Below the pieces are notes generated by a model that did no database searches, had not been told where the DNA came from, and saw only the letters and a program-made list of their open reading frames with translations. From Candidatus Hydrogenedentota bacterium (GTDB lineage: Bacteria > Hydrogenedentota > Hydrogenedentia > Hydrogenedentales > SLHB01), in the NCBI GenBank assembly GCA_045863295.1, contig BTWA01000002.1, positions 1 to 64,000 on the forward strand: a stretch of 64,000 bases of DNA, read 5' to 3'. The position numbers and the translations under genes are program-made. Position 1 is the stretch's first letter, and each line of letters begins with the position of its first letter. Shown here piece after piece: positions 28,808-37,969 of the stretch.

Positions 28808-31201
28808 ATGTCCCTTAAGGGCAAGCGGTTATTGCATTTAGGCGGGGCACTGTTTCAGACGCCCGCATTGGCGTGTGCCAAACGGCTGGGGTGCGAGGTC
28901 ATCCTGGTAGACTACAACCCGGACGTGCCCGGGCGTGTACACGCGGATGTATTCGAACAGGTGTCGACACGCGATCGGGAGGCAATTCTAGCCGTGGCGC
29001 AACGGCACCGTGTCGATGGCATCATGACCTACGCGTCCGATTCCTCGGTGGCCAGCGTGGCATTTGTTGCGCAACAATTGGGCCTGCCCGGCAACCCGCC
29101 CGAAGCGGCCGAAGCCATTCGCCGGAAGGACCTCTTTCGCGAGTTTCAACGGGCGCACGGATTGCCGCATCCCCCATTCTTTTCGGCATCCTCGGTGGAG
29201 GAGGCGCTTTCGAACATCTCCGGGTTGACGTTTCCCATCGTGGTGAAGCCGGTGGATTCCGCGGGCACCAAGGGGCAATCCGTAATTCACGGCCTGGGCG
29301 AGGTGGAGCGCGCGCTGGACGTGGCCCTCGCGAATTCGACTACGAAACGCGCCGTGTTCGAGAACTTCGTCCACGCGGACATCATGGAATTGGACGGCGA
29401 CGTATGGTTCGAGTCTGGACGGTTGGCCTTCCGGCATTATGGGCACAATCACTTTTTGAAAGATCGAATCTCGAACGTGCCCAGCGGCGAGATTTTTCCG
29501 GGATTCTTTGACGAGGCGTTGGCCGAGCATATTGACCGGCAATTTGAGGCAATCATTCGCGGGCTGGGGTTACGTGCGGGCTGCATGAACTTCGATGCGC
29601 TGGCGCGCAACGGCGTTGTGTACATCCTGGACGTTGGCCTGCGCAACGGCGGCAACTTCGTGCCCGATGCAATCCAATTGTCCACGGGATTTAACCTGAC
29701 CGAGGCGGCGGTGCACGGCGCGCTGGGCATACCTTATCCCGATACGCGCTTTTCCGTGGCCGATGCAAAGCCGGTGGCGACATATCTGATAGGTTCGCGC
29801 TTTCCGGGGCGCTTTGAAGGCGTGGAATTCAGCGCGGAGATTCAACCGCATCTGGCGGAACTGCGGCTTTTCCTCGATCAAGGATCCGCTATTTCGGCCT
29901 ATACGCGCGCGGACATGGCGGCGGGCATCGCCTTCTTTCAATTTCCGGATATGAACACCTTGCGGGACAAGATGGAGCATATCGAAGACCTCGTGAAGCT
30001 CCGCGTGGTTCCCATGCGCCTTGCTCCGCGCAACGGGCGCTCCAAACGCGGCGAAATTACGACGGGGGAATATAAAGAATTCCCGGAATTGGTTTCGCCC
30101 TACTTGCGGGACAAGCTGCGCGAAGCGGAAGCGAGCAACGACCAGACCGTCATGCGCGTGTTGTCGCGGCAGTACATCGAAACGGCGGGCGAGGCCAGCA
30201 TCCGTGCCGACGAAGGCCTGAAGCATTACGAAGCGGGCGAAAAGGTGTATTGGGAAAACGAGCCGCTGGCCGGCGTTGAGCGGCTGTACCGCCGCGTGAT
30301 TCTGTTCGAGCCTTTGTACCAATGCATTGCCCATTGCCGGTATTGCCTGCGGCGCAATTACGAGCCATTCCACCAGAGCAAGGACGATATTCAACGCATC
30401 GCCCGATACGTGGGACAAGCACCCGGCCACGAGGAATTGCGGGAGATTCTGATTACCGGAGGCGATCCGTTTCTCGTGCCGCAGAAAGTGGGAGATTTCC
30501 TCGACGCCGTCGCCGAGCACGCGCCGCAAATACGCATTGCGCGCGTGGCCACCCGCGTGCCGATACATGAACCTGACCGGGTGAACGACAAGATTCTGGA
30601 CGTGCTGTCGAAGCGGTATCCGTTCAGGATTGAAGTGGCCACCCAAATCAATCATGCGGCGGAGCTGTTTCCGGAAGTGGAGGCGGCATACCGGCGCGTG
30701 CGCGATATAGCGCCGATTTACAATCAGACCGTCTTGTTGCGGGGTGTAAACGACACGCTGGACGAACTCGTCGAATTGTGCGACCGCATACGGTCCCTGG
30801 CAATCGAGAATCACTATCTGTTTCATTGCGTGCCCATTGGGGGGCTGAACAGCCTGCGCACGCCGCTCATGCGGAGCATTGATTTGGCGCGGCAACTCAG
30901 CGCGAGCGGACGCATCTCTGGCCGGGCCAAGCCGCAATTTTGCCTGATGACGGCCATCGGAAAGATCACGCCGTACGAAGGCACAATCGTCGATTACCGG
31001 GACAACAAATTCCTGCTCCGCTCGAACTACGACTATCAAGAGCGCCTGGAATGGAATCCGTCGTGGAAACTGCCCGCAAACGGCGTCGTGGACGAAGACG
31101 GACGTTTGTGCGTGTGGTATGAGGATGCGGCGGACGATGACGCGATTCCGGCAACGGTCGCGGGCCAAAGAAGCGACGTCGAAAAACAGCAGGTGCGCTG
31201 A
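28808..31201 (+). CDS. Fusion protein: N-terminal ATP-grasp ligase + C-terminal KamA-family radical SAM 2,3-aminomutase
   Basis: ATP-grasp: LGG..FQ, VDGI, RKDLFREF, FPIVVKPVDSAGTKG, NFD, LDVGLRNGG. KamA-like: CIAHCRYCLRR, ITGGDPF, TRVP, NHAAEL, NQTVLLRGVND, GK. One uninterrupted frame; GAGGAG RBS. Confidence 0.9.
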   Translation: MSLKGKRLLHLGGALFQTPALACAKRLGCEVILVDYNPDVPGRVHADVFEQVSTRDREAILAVAQRHRVDGIMTYASDSSVASVAFVAQQLGLPGNPPEAAEAIRRKDLFREFQRAHGLPHPPFFSASSVEEALSNISGLTFPIVVKPVDSAGTKGQSVIHGLGEVERALDVALANSTTKRAVFENFVHADIMELDGDVWFESGRLAFRHYGHNHFLKDRISNVPSGEIFPGFFDEALAEHIDRQFEAIIRGLGLRAGCMNFDALARNGVVYILDVGLRNGGNFVPDAIQLSTGFNLTEAAVHGALGIPYPDTRFSVADAKPVATYLIGSRFPGRFEGVEFSAEIQPHLAELRLFLDQGSAISAYTRADMAAGIAFFQFPDMNTLRDKMEHIEDLVKLRVVPMRLAPRNGRSKRGEITTGEYKEFPELVSPYLRDKLREAEASNDQTVMRVLSRQYIETAGEASIRADEGLKHYEAGEKVYWENEPLAGVERLYRRVILFEPLYQCIAHCRYCLRRNYEPFHQSKDDIQRIARYVGQAPGHEELREILITGGDPFLVPQKVGDFLDAVAEHAPQIRIARVATRVPIHEPDRVNDKILDVLSKRYPFRIEVATQINHAAELFPEVEAAYRRVRDIAPIYNQTVLLRGVNDTLDELVELCDRIRSLAIENHYLFHCVPIGGLNSLRTPLMRSIDLARQLSASGRISGRAKPQFCLMTAIGKITPYEGTIVDYRDNKFLLRSNYDYQERLEWNPSWKLPANGVVDEDGRLCVWYEDAADDDAIPATVAGQRSDVEKQQVR

Positions 31202-31315
31202 AGGATCGCTTGGAATCCAGAGGCAACACCTTCAGCCCCCGCGGTTGGCCGCTTCTATTCGCGGGAGGCGATTTTGTAGAGTGAACCCCGATGTCGAGAA
31301 TTGGGGGATTCTGCC

Positions 31316-32680
31316 GTGAACGCGTTGGATAAGTGGTTTGGCGTATCGGAAGCAGGATCGACCGTGCAGCGCGAGGTAGTGGGCGGGCTGACCACCTTCG
31401 CCACCATGAGTTACATCGTGTTTGTACAGCCGACCGTGTTGAGCGCGTGCGGCATGCCGTTTGGTTCCGTGTTGGTGGCAACGTGCTTGTCGAGCGCGAT
31501 CGCTTGTTTCCTGATGGCCTATCTCGCGCGATATCCGATCGCACTCGCACCGGGCATGGGCGAGAACTTCTTCTTTGCCTTCACCGTATGCTCCACCTTT
31601 CCCGGCGCCATGGGGTTTTCGTGGCAGGCCGGTCTCACCATCGTCTTCATATCCGGGCTCATCTTTCTTGCATTGTCGCTGGTGGGCGCGCGCGAACGCT
31701 TGTTGCGTGTCTTGCCCGACTGTCTGAAAAACGCGATCGGACCGGGGATTGGATTGTTTATCGCTTTCGTCGGCTTGCAATGGAGCGGAATCATTACGAC
31801 CAGTCCCACGACGATGGTGCACTTGGGAAGCCTGAAGTCCGGTCCGGCCCTGATATCCGTTGCGGGCGTCTTCCTGATCGCCGCACTAATGACGCTGGGT
31901 ATTCGAGGTGGAATCCTCATTGGCGTACTCGTGTCTGCCGGTTTGGGTTTGGCCACAGGCGTGTTGCCGAAGCCGGAAGAGACTTTTCAGATTGGCTTTG
32001 AGACTTTCTTCCAATTCAACGTGAGCGAACTCATCACACACTGGGACAAGGCGCTTATCGCCATCTTGCTGTTCTTTTTCATGGACTTGTTCGACACTGT
32101 GGGAACATTGGTAGGCGTAGGCAAGCAGGCGGGATTCATCAAGGATGACGGCGATTTGCCCAGGGCCGGTGGCGCATTTGCGGCGGATGCGGCCGCCACG
32201 TGCGTCGGGGCGTGTATGGGCACCTCCACGGTGACGAGCTACGTGGAGAGCGCGACCGGCGTCGCAGCGGGCGCGCGCACGGGTTTGGCGGCCGTAGTGA
32301 CCGGATTTGGCTTTATCTTCGCCATTGCGCTCGCGCCTATTGTGCACATCGTGGGGCAGGATGTGGGGCCTGCGTTCTACGGCACCGGTCCCGCCGATCT
32401 GCAGGTGGCGATGTATCCGGCGGTGGCGCCCGCGCTGATTGTAGTGGGCTTTCTTATGATGCGGCCCTTTGCAAAAGTGAATTGGGACGATTTAACCGAA
32501 AGTCTGCCCGCGTTCTTTACCGTGGCAATCATGGTCTTCGGGTTCGCCATACATGAAGGGATCGCCGCGGGGTGCGTGTCGTATGCGGCCATCAAGACGG
32601 CCACCGGGCGTTACCGGGAAGTGCACCCAATCATGTTCGGGATCGCCATCGCGCTTATTGCACGATATGCGTTTCTGTAG
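31316..32680 (+). CDS. NCS2/AzgA-family purine (guanine/hypoxanthine/adenine) permease
   Basis: EVVGGLTTFATMSYI, APGMGENFFF, DLFDTVGTL, GTSTVTSYVESATGV.AGARTGL. Confidence 0.93.
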   Translation: MNALDKWFGVSEAGSTVQREVVGGLTTFATMSYIVFVQPTVLSACGMPFGSVLVATCLSSAIACFLMAYLARYPIALAPGMGENFFFAFTVCSTFPGAMGFSWQAGLTIVFISGLIFLALSLVGARERLLRVLPDCLKNAIGPGIGLFIAFVGLQWSGIITTSPTTMVHLGSLKSGPALISVAGVFLIAALMTLGIRGGILIGVLVSAGLGLATGVLPKPEETFQIGFETFFQFNVSELITHWDKALIAILLFFFMDLFDTVGTLVGVGKQAGFIKDDGDLPRAGGAFAADAAATCVGACMGTSTVTSYVESATGVAAGARTGLAAVVTGFGFIFAIALAPIVHIVGQDVGPAFYGTGPADLQVAMYPAVAPALIVVGFLMMRPFAKVNWDDLTESLPAFFTVAIMVFGFAIHEGIAAGCVSYAAIKTATGRYREVHPIMFGIAIALIARYAFL

Positions 32681-32718
32681 GAATCCTCGGGTACTGCAAC
32701 GGGTAGAATACGCCCTTG

Positions 32719-35700
32719 CTACTTTTCGCGCTGCACAGGCAACAGCCACTGCTCATTGTTCAAGGATTGGAGAAAGGCAATCAGATCGATCAGCTCCTCT
32801 TGCGTGAGCGATTGATCCATGGCCTCCGGCATTATGGATACGTTGTGCGGCTCCATCGTAACGATGTCTTCGCGGGGGATGCGCGTATCTTGATTGACGC
32901 CCGTGCGCAACGTTATGGCTTCCGGCGTGTCGCGGCCAATCACTCCAACGTACATTTCAAAATCAGTATCAATTCGAAACGGTTCATACCCCGGCACCAT
33001 GCTGGCGCTCGGGAAGAGAATGGCTTCAAGCAGATCGTGCGCGGAACGAATCGTACCGATGGCGGTCAGATCGGGCCCCAAAGTGCCACCTTCGTTACCA
33101 ACGGCATGGCACGTAGAACATCCGACTTTTTCACCGAAAAATACCGCGCGTCCGCGTCCAACATCGCCGGAATCAAGGAGCGGTTCGAGGGTTCGGAGGC
33201 GTGCAATACGCGCTTCTTCCTCGGCCTTGGCTTGCGCGCGGAGCGGTTCCGCCGCCGCTTGTACCGCCGAGGGATAGCTCGCGAGGACGGCGTCGATCCC
33301 TCCGGGAATCAGATTGGGGTTTACCTTCGCCGTGGACAGGCCCTTCACCAACGCAAGACCGACGGCTTCCGAACTGCCGTTGCGGAAGACATCCAACAAC
33401 GCCGCAAACGTGAGCGGGTCGGCGTTCGCGATGTACTCGTTGGCAAGATGGAGCGCCTGTTGTTCGGAAAGCTTCGAACGGGCGAGAAGCTTCCCAATCG
33501 ACAGGCGCATCGTGGGATCGGTTGCCTTTGCAAGCAGGCCGGTCAGATAGTCGAAGCGCGCGGGTCCCGGCGCGGATACGGATCGGGGAGCCAACGCGTC
33601 CAGCGCCGCAATTCGGAGATTGTCCGGAGCGGACGAGTCGTTCCCGAGGGCCTCCAGCTTTTCATCGAATGCGCCGATGTTGCGGGATCGGATCAAGCCG
33701 ACCGCACGCCAGCGAACATCGAGATTGGGGTCGTCCAGCGATGCGCCAATGCGCTCGATCCACGTCTGCGGAAACTCGCCCAGATTCATCTGATCGATGG
33801 CATCCATAAGAAACAGGCGCCGGGCCACGTCGAAAACGGGATCGGCCAGCAGTTCTGGTACGATGGCTTGCACGCCCGCATCGTTGGCATAGGCCAGCAA
33901 AACTTCCCGCACAGGCACAATGGATTCGCCTTGGACATCGGCCGTGCGAAGGCCCTCTTCCAGCAGCGAAACGACCACATCGGACCACTCGGGATGGCGC
34001 GACGCAACCCACAGCCCCGCTTTTCGCAGCGATTCATCCTCCGCATCCAGAAAAGGTACAAGTTCTTCTTTCCGGAGCCGTCCACCACCCATCTGGTCCA
34101 GCGCGATCAAGGCCATTTTGCGTACCGGCGCTTCAGGAAGTTGAAGCGCCGCGCGGCATTCGTCTTCCGCGCCGAGTTGAATGAGCGAATAAACGATGCT
34201 GTGTTCCTCGAATCGATCAGCCGCTGTTGCAGCCGCCTTCAGAAGCGCGCCCGCGGCGGATCGCTCGCCAATCTGTCCGATGGCGGTGGCCGCCTGGCGC
34301 CGCACCGATGGGTCCGGATCCGAAAGTACCAGGGTCAAGTCGTCCGTTGCCCGCTCAGCCGTGGCGAGTCCTATCATTCGGGCCGCCGCCACGCGCACGT
34401 CGGGGGACGCGTCCTTGAGCGCCGTGCGCAGAATATCGTGCTCCGGCTCGATGCGGGCAATCGCCCACACGACGTTTACACGCTGCAAATCACCACCTTC
34501 TCGATATGCCTTTTCGAGCGCCTTTAGGGCATCCTTGCCCTTGCCGGCCATGTGCTCCAAGGCCCAATCGCGGACAATGGGCGAATCGGATCCCAATTGC
34601 GCGGCAAGGCTGTTCGCGCCCATGTCTGGCAGTGCGCGCACTGCGGTCCAGGAGTCACCCGTGCGCGACGAACCGGTGCGGCGGACTCGATAAATGGATC
34701 CGCGGATCTCGGGTTTGGCCACGCGCGAAATCGGACACGCATCCACATACCACGCGCCGGTATCCGATACGAGAATGCTGCCGTCGGCGTCTTCCATCAC
34801 GTCGGTTGGATGAAAATCCGGATCGATGGACGTAAGGAAATCGGTGTCTTCTGTTCGATAGGTCGCGCCCTCGCGGAAAAGCAAATGGCGTTGCACGCGG
34901 CTGGGATTGAATTGCGCGCTGAACAAATTGCCTGCGTATTCCGGACCAAAGGCCTTGCCCCGGTATTGCATCAGTCCGGCCGGGGCGATACGCGAGAACC
35001 GCGTCATGGTGGGCATAAGATCGCCCGTCCGAACGAACTCAGCCACCGATTCGTGAAACTTCGGATACACCCCGCCCTCGACCCAGTGCATGAGGGCATC
35101 CCGCTGCCCGTTCTTGGGATCCGTATAGTAGGTCATGGTGCCAATCGTTTCGCCGGCATCGGTGAAAATCAGCTCGACAGGATTGTCGAACCCGCCACCA
35201 GCCATCCGCTCGAGGTGTGTGCCGTCCGGGCGGCAACGCCATATGCGAGAGGCCATGCCCTCCAGCGTCTCCCCTTCCTTCGTGGCAATTTTGTAGCCGT
35301 GACGGCCGTGGGTGAGATACATCCACCCATCCTTGCCCAGAAACGGACCGTGAAGGCTGGCGGTATTGAGTACATTCCAGCCGGACAGCAAAACATCGCG
35401 CACTTCGGCCCGCCCGTCGCCGTCTTTGTCTTCGAATCGAATGAATTCGGGCGGAGAAGCCACATAAAGGCTGCCGCGATACCACTGGACGCCCATCGGA
35501 AGGCTGAGCGTATCCGCGAACTGCGACTTCGTATCGAATACGCCGTCCCCGTCAGTATCCTCCAACATGAGAATAGTGCATTCCGGGGCCGCCTGCATTT
35601 CCTTTCCAGAGAGATCCTTTCCCGAAGACTCCGCGATAAACATGCGGCCACGATCATCGAACGTCATGAACATGGGATACGACGACAATTCAGGTCCCGC

Positions 35701-35826
35701 GGCGAGTTCAACCGAAAAGCCCTCAGGTACACGCAACGCGGCAAGGCCGGTAGCGGTCAAACCGTCCGCTGTGGCAACGGCGGCGAAGATCCATGCAACA
35801 AATACACAATGCGATCGCTTCGGCAT
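32719..35826 (-). CDS. PVC-type protein: dehydrogenase-like beta-propeller + HEAT repeats + C-terminal heme c domain
   Basis: Signal peptide, VPEGFSVELAA, LEDTDGDGVFD, GFDNP, HEAT-like repeats (DPDPSVRRQAA), GRAVF...CSTCH..GPDLT, SIMPE. Confidence 0.9.
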   Translation of the reverse strand: MPKRSHCVFVAWIFAAVATADGLTATGLAALRVPEGFSVELAAGPELSSYPMFMTFDDRGRMFIAESSGKDLSGKEMQAAPECTILMLEDTDGDGVFDTKSQFADTLSLPMGVQWYRGSLYVASPPEFIRFEDKDGDGRAEVRDVLLSGWNVLNTASLHGPFLGKDGWMYLTHGRHGYKIATKEGETLEGMASRIWRCRPDGTHLERMAGGGFDNPVELIFTDAGETIGTMTYYTDPKNGQRDALMHWVEGGVYPKFHESVAEFVRTGDLMPTMTRFSRIAPAGLMQYRGKAFGPEYAGNLFSAQFNPSRVQRHLLFREGATYRTEDTDFLTSIDPDFHPTDVMEDADGSILVSDTGAWYVDACPISRVAKPEIRGSIYRVRRTGSSRTGDSWTAVRALPDMGANSLAAQLGSDSPIVRDWALEHMAGKGKDALKALEKAYREGGDLQRVNVVWAIARIEPEHDILRTALKDASPDVRVAAARMIGLATAERATDDLTLVLSDPDPSVRRQAATAIGQIGERSAAGALLKAAATAADRFEEHSIVYSLIQLGAEDECRAALQLPEAPVRKMALIALDQMGGGRLRKEELVPFLDAEDESLRKAGLWVASRHPEWSDVVVSLLEEGLRTADVQGESIVPVREVLLAYANDAGVQAIVPELLADPVFDVARRLFLMDAIDQMNLGEFPQTWIERIGASLDDPNLDVRWRAVGLIRSRNIGAFDEKLEALGNDSSAPDNLRIAALDALAPRSVSAPGPARFDYLTGLLAKATDPTMRLSIGKLLARSKLSEQQALHLANEYIANADPLTFAALLDVFRNGSSEAVGLALVKGLSTAKVNPNLIPGGIDAVLASYPSAVQAAAEPLRAQAKAEEEARIARLRTLEPLLDSGDVGRGRAVFFGEKVGCSTCHAVGNEGGTLGPDLTAIGTIRSAHDLLEAILFPSASMVPGYEPFRIDTDFEMYVGVIGRDTPEAITLRTGVNQDTRIPREDIVTMEPHNVSIMPEAMDQSLTQEELIDLIAFLQSLNNEQWLLPVQREK

Positions 35827-35979
35827 ACTGCGGAAATCTCCTTGAAACCTGTGGTACGAATGGCCAGCAGATCGCAGTGTACCCTGACCAAGCGAAAAAA
35901 TACACGCGTTCGGACGCGTGTAATTGGAATGGCCCGGCGAGTACTATACCCGCAGGGCGCAAACCAGGAGTCCGATGTC

Positions 35980-37389
35980 TTGACGGAGTTTCTTGCGCGA
36001 TTGGAAGTGCAGCATCTGGCCACCATGCTCGGATTTGGTCTCGCCGTGTTGCTGCTTGTTCGCATCCTTCGCCAACGCGAACACCCGTCCACAACCATCG
36101 CGTGGATCATGGCAATCGTGCTGATTCCGCATCTGGGCGTGCCCGCATACCTCATTTTTGGCGGACGAAAGCTCCGCAAGATGGCTGATCGGAAGGAACA
36201 TCTCTATCCTGACGTGACCGATCCAAAGGACGCTGTCGAGAAGTGCACCTCTGACAATGAACGCGTACTCGTGACGGCCGGCCTTCCGCCCGCCCGAAAA
36301 GACAATCACTGCGAACTGTTGCCGGACGGCGAAACCGCATACCGCGAACTCTGCGACCAGATTGATGGCGCAAAGCATTCCGTACATATCATGACGTTCA
36401 TTCTCGGCAAGGACGAAGTGGGCCGCGATCTGATTGCGCGATTGGCCCGCAAGGCGGAGTCTGGCGTCAAGGTGAGGCTCCTGCTGGATGCACTGGGTTG
36501 CCTCTGGACGCGGGGGCGTTTCGTGAATCCATTGAGACACGCGGGCGGACACGTGGGCGTTTTCATGCCCATGTTGCCGCTGCAGCGCAAATGGTCCGCG
36601 AACCTGCGGAATCACCGCAAGCTGGCGGTCTTCGACTCGAGCACCGCGTTTCTGGGGGGAATGAATATCGCCCGTGAATACATGGGGCCCGAGCCCGATG
36701 CCGATCGTTGGATTGACACAGGCATGCTGCTGCGGGGACCGATCGTCGGCGATATCGACTGGCTTTTTCAACGGGACTGGCGGTTTGCCGTGGGGCAGGA
36801 GATAGAGCCGCACGAAAAAGCAGAAGTCAACAGTCAGGGTGACAACGGAGAGGCCATCGCGCAGTTGGGCGTAAGCGGACCGGACGTCGACGGCGATCCG
36901 TTGTATGACGCCCTATTGACGAGCATGCACGATGCCGTACAGCGCGTCTGGATCGTGACACCGTATTTCGTGCCCGATGAAGGGTTGTACAAGGCTCTGG
37001 CGCTCCAGGCACGTCTGGGCCGCGACGTGAGGATCATACTGCCGGAGCATTCCAATCACATACTCGCGGATTGGGCAAGGGGCCGATTCCTTCGGCAATT
37101 GCAGGAAGATGGCGCGCGAATCCTATTTCACCCAACACGCATGATTCACGCAAAGCAGATTGTCATTGACGATTGGCTTGCGGTGTCAGGTTCGGCCAAC
37201 CTCGATTTTCGAAGTCTGTACTTGAACTACGAAGTGGCGGTGTTTCTGTATTCGCCACCGGAAGTGAAGCGGACAGCGGACTGGATTGAGCAATTGTCCC
37301 GCGAGTGCGTGGACGCACAAGTGCCTCAACCCGGTCATTTGCGGCAATGGGCGGAAGACTTGAGTTGGCTGGTGTCGCCGCTCCTGTAA
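35980..37389 (+). CDS. cls: Cardiolipin synthase (PLD family)
   Basis: Two N-terminal TMs and two HKD motifs (NHRKLAVFD; HAKQIVID..GSANLD.RS..LNYE). TTG start after AGGAG. Confidence 0.92.
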   Translation: MTEFLARLEVQHLATMLGFGLAVLLLVRILRQREHPSTTIAWIMAIVLIPHLGVPAYLIFGGRKLRKMADRKEHLYPDVTDPKDAVEKCTSDNERVLVTAGLPPARKDNHCELLPDGETAYRELCDQIDGAKHSVHIMTFILGKDEVGRDLIARLARKAESGVKVRLLLDALGCLWTRGRFVNPLRHAGGHVGVFMPMLPLQRKWSANLRNHRKLAVFDSSTAFLGGMNIAREYMGPEPDADRWIDTGMLLRGPIVGDIDWLFQRDWRFAVGQEIEPHEKAEVNSQGDNGEAIAQLGVSGPDVDGDPLYDALLTSMHDAVQRVWIVTPYFVPDEGLYKALALQARLGRDVRIILPEHSNHILADWARGRFLRQLQEDGARILFHPTRMIHAKQIVIDDWLAVSGSANLDFRSLYLNYEVAVFLYSPPEVKRTADWIEQLSRECVDAQVPQPGHLRQWAEDLSWLVSPLL

Positions 37390-37450
37390 GCCCAATTCAG
37401 TTCTGTAACGCTGATCAATGACGCCCCACGAGAGGATAACGCGCGCGGGA

Positions 37451-37969
37451 CTACGGCTGCAGCACGTAAATGGCGGGCAGATGCCGGTAGGCCTGTTCGT
37501 AATCCAGGCCATACCCGACCACGAACTCATCATCAATAACGAATCCGACGTAGTCTGCACTAACCGGATGCGCTCGATGGCTCGGCTTGTCGAGCAACGA
37601 ACACAACTTCAGCGAAGCGGGCTGAATCGCCAGGAGCCGTTCAAACAGTGTGGACGCCGTCAAACCCGTGTCGAGTATGTCTTCCACCAGGATAATGTGC
37701 TGTCCGTGAAGACTCCGCTCCGGCCAAAGACTGATGTTCATCTGTCCCGAACTTTGCGTTCCCGAGTAGCTGGTTGCGTGCACCAATTCGACGGTGACCG
37801 GCACCCTGAGTTGGCGCATCAGATCCACAGCGAAAACCAGCGCCCCTTTCAAAACAATGGCAAGTACCAATTCCTTGCCCGCATAATCGTTGTTGATCTC
37901 CCGCGCAAGGTCGCTTACCCGGCGCTGAATAGTCTCGGAGTCGATCAAAGGGATGTCACACAGTGTCAT
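37451..37969 (-). CDS. hpt: Hypoxanthine phosphoribosyltransferase
   Basis: VLKGALVFAVDL, LVEDILDTGLT, LLDKP, FVVGYGLDY. Overlaps the tilS end. Confidence 0.95.
   Translation of the reverse strand: MTLCDIPLIDSETIQRRVSDLAREINNDYAGKELVLAIVLKGALVFAVDLMRQLRVPVTVELVHATSYSGTQSSGQMNISLWPERSLHGQHIILVEDILDTGLTASTLFERLLAIQPASLKLCSLLDKPSHRAHPVSADYVGFVIDDEFVVGYGLDYEQAYRHLPAIYVLQP

Noticed and set aside
30060..31201. Calling the radical SAM domain EpmB (EF-P beta-lysylation)
   Set aside because: No efp or epmA nearby, the C-terminal motif differs, and the domain is fused to an ATP-grasp ligase.
32716..34527. 603-aa plus-strand ORF (also 2546-4069 +, 29570-31168 -, 60123-61958 -)
   Set aside because: Antisense shadows of well-supported genes in GC-rich DNA; no motifs.
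34552..35979. 945-aa ORF suggesting a giant N-terminally extended cardiolipin synthase
   Set aside because: The extension is the antisense shadow of the 1035-aa PVC-type gene. cls homology and an AGGAG-TTG start begin at 35980.
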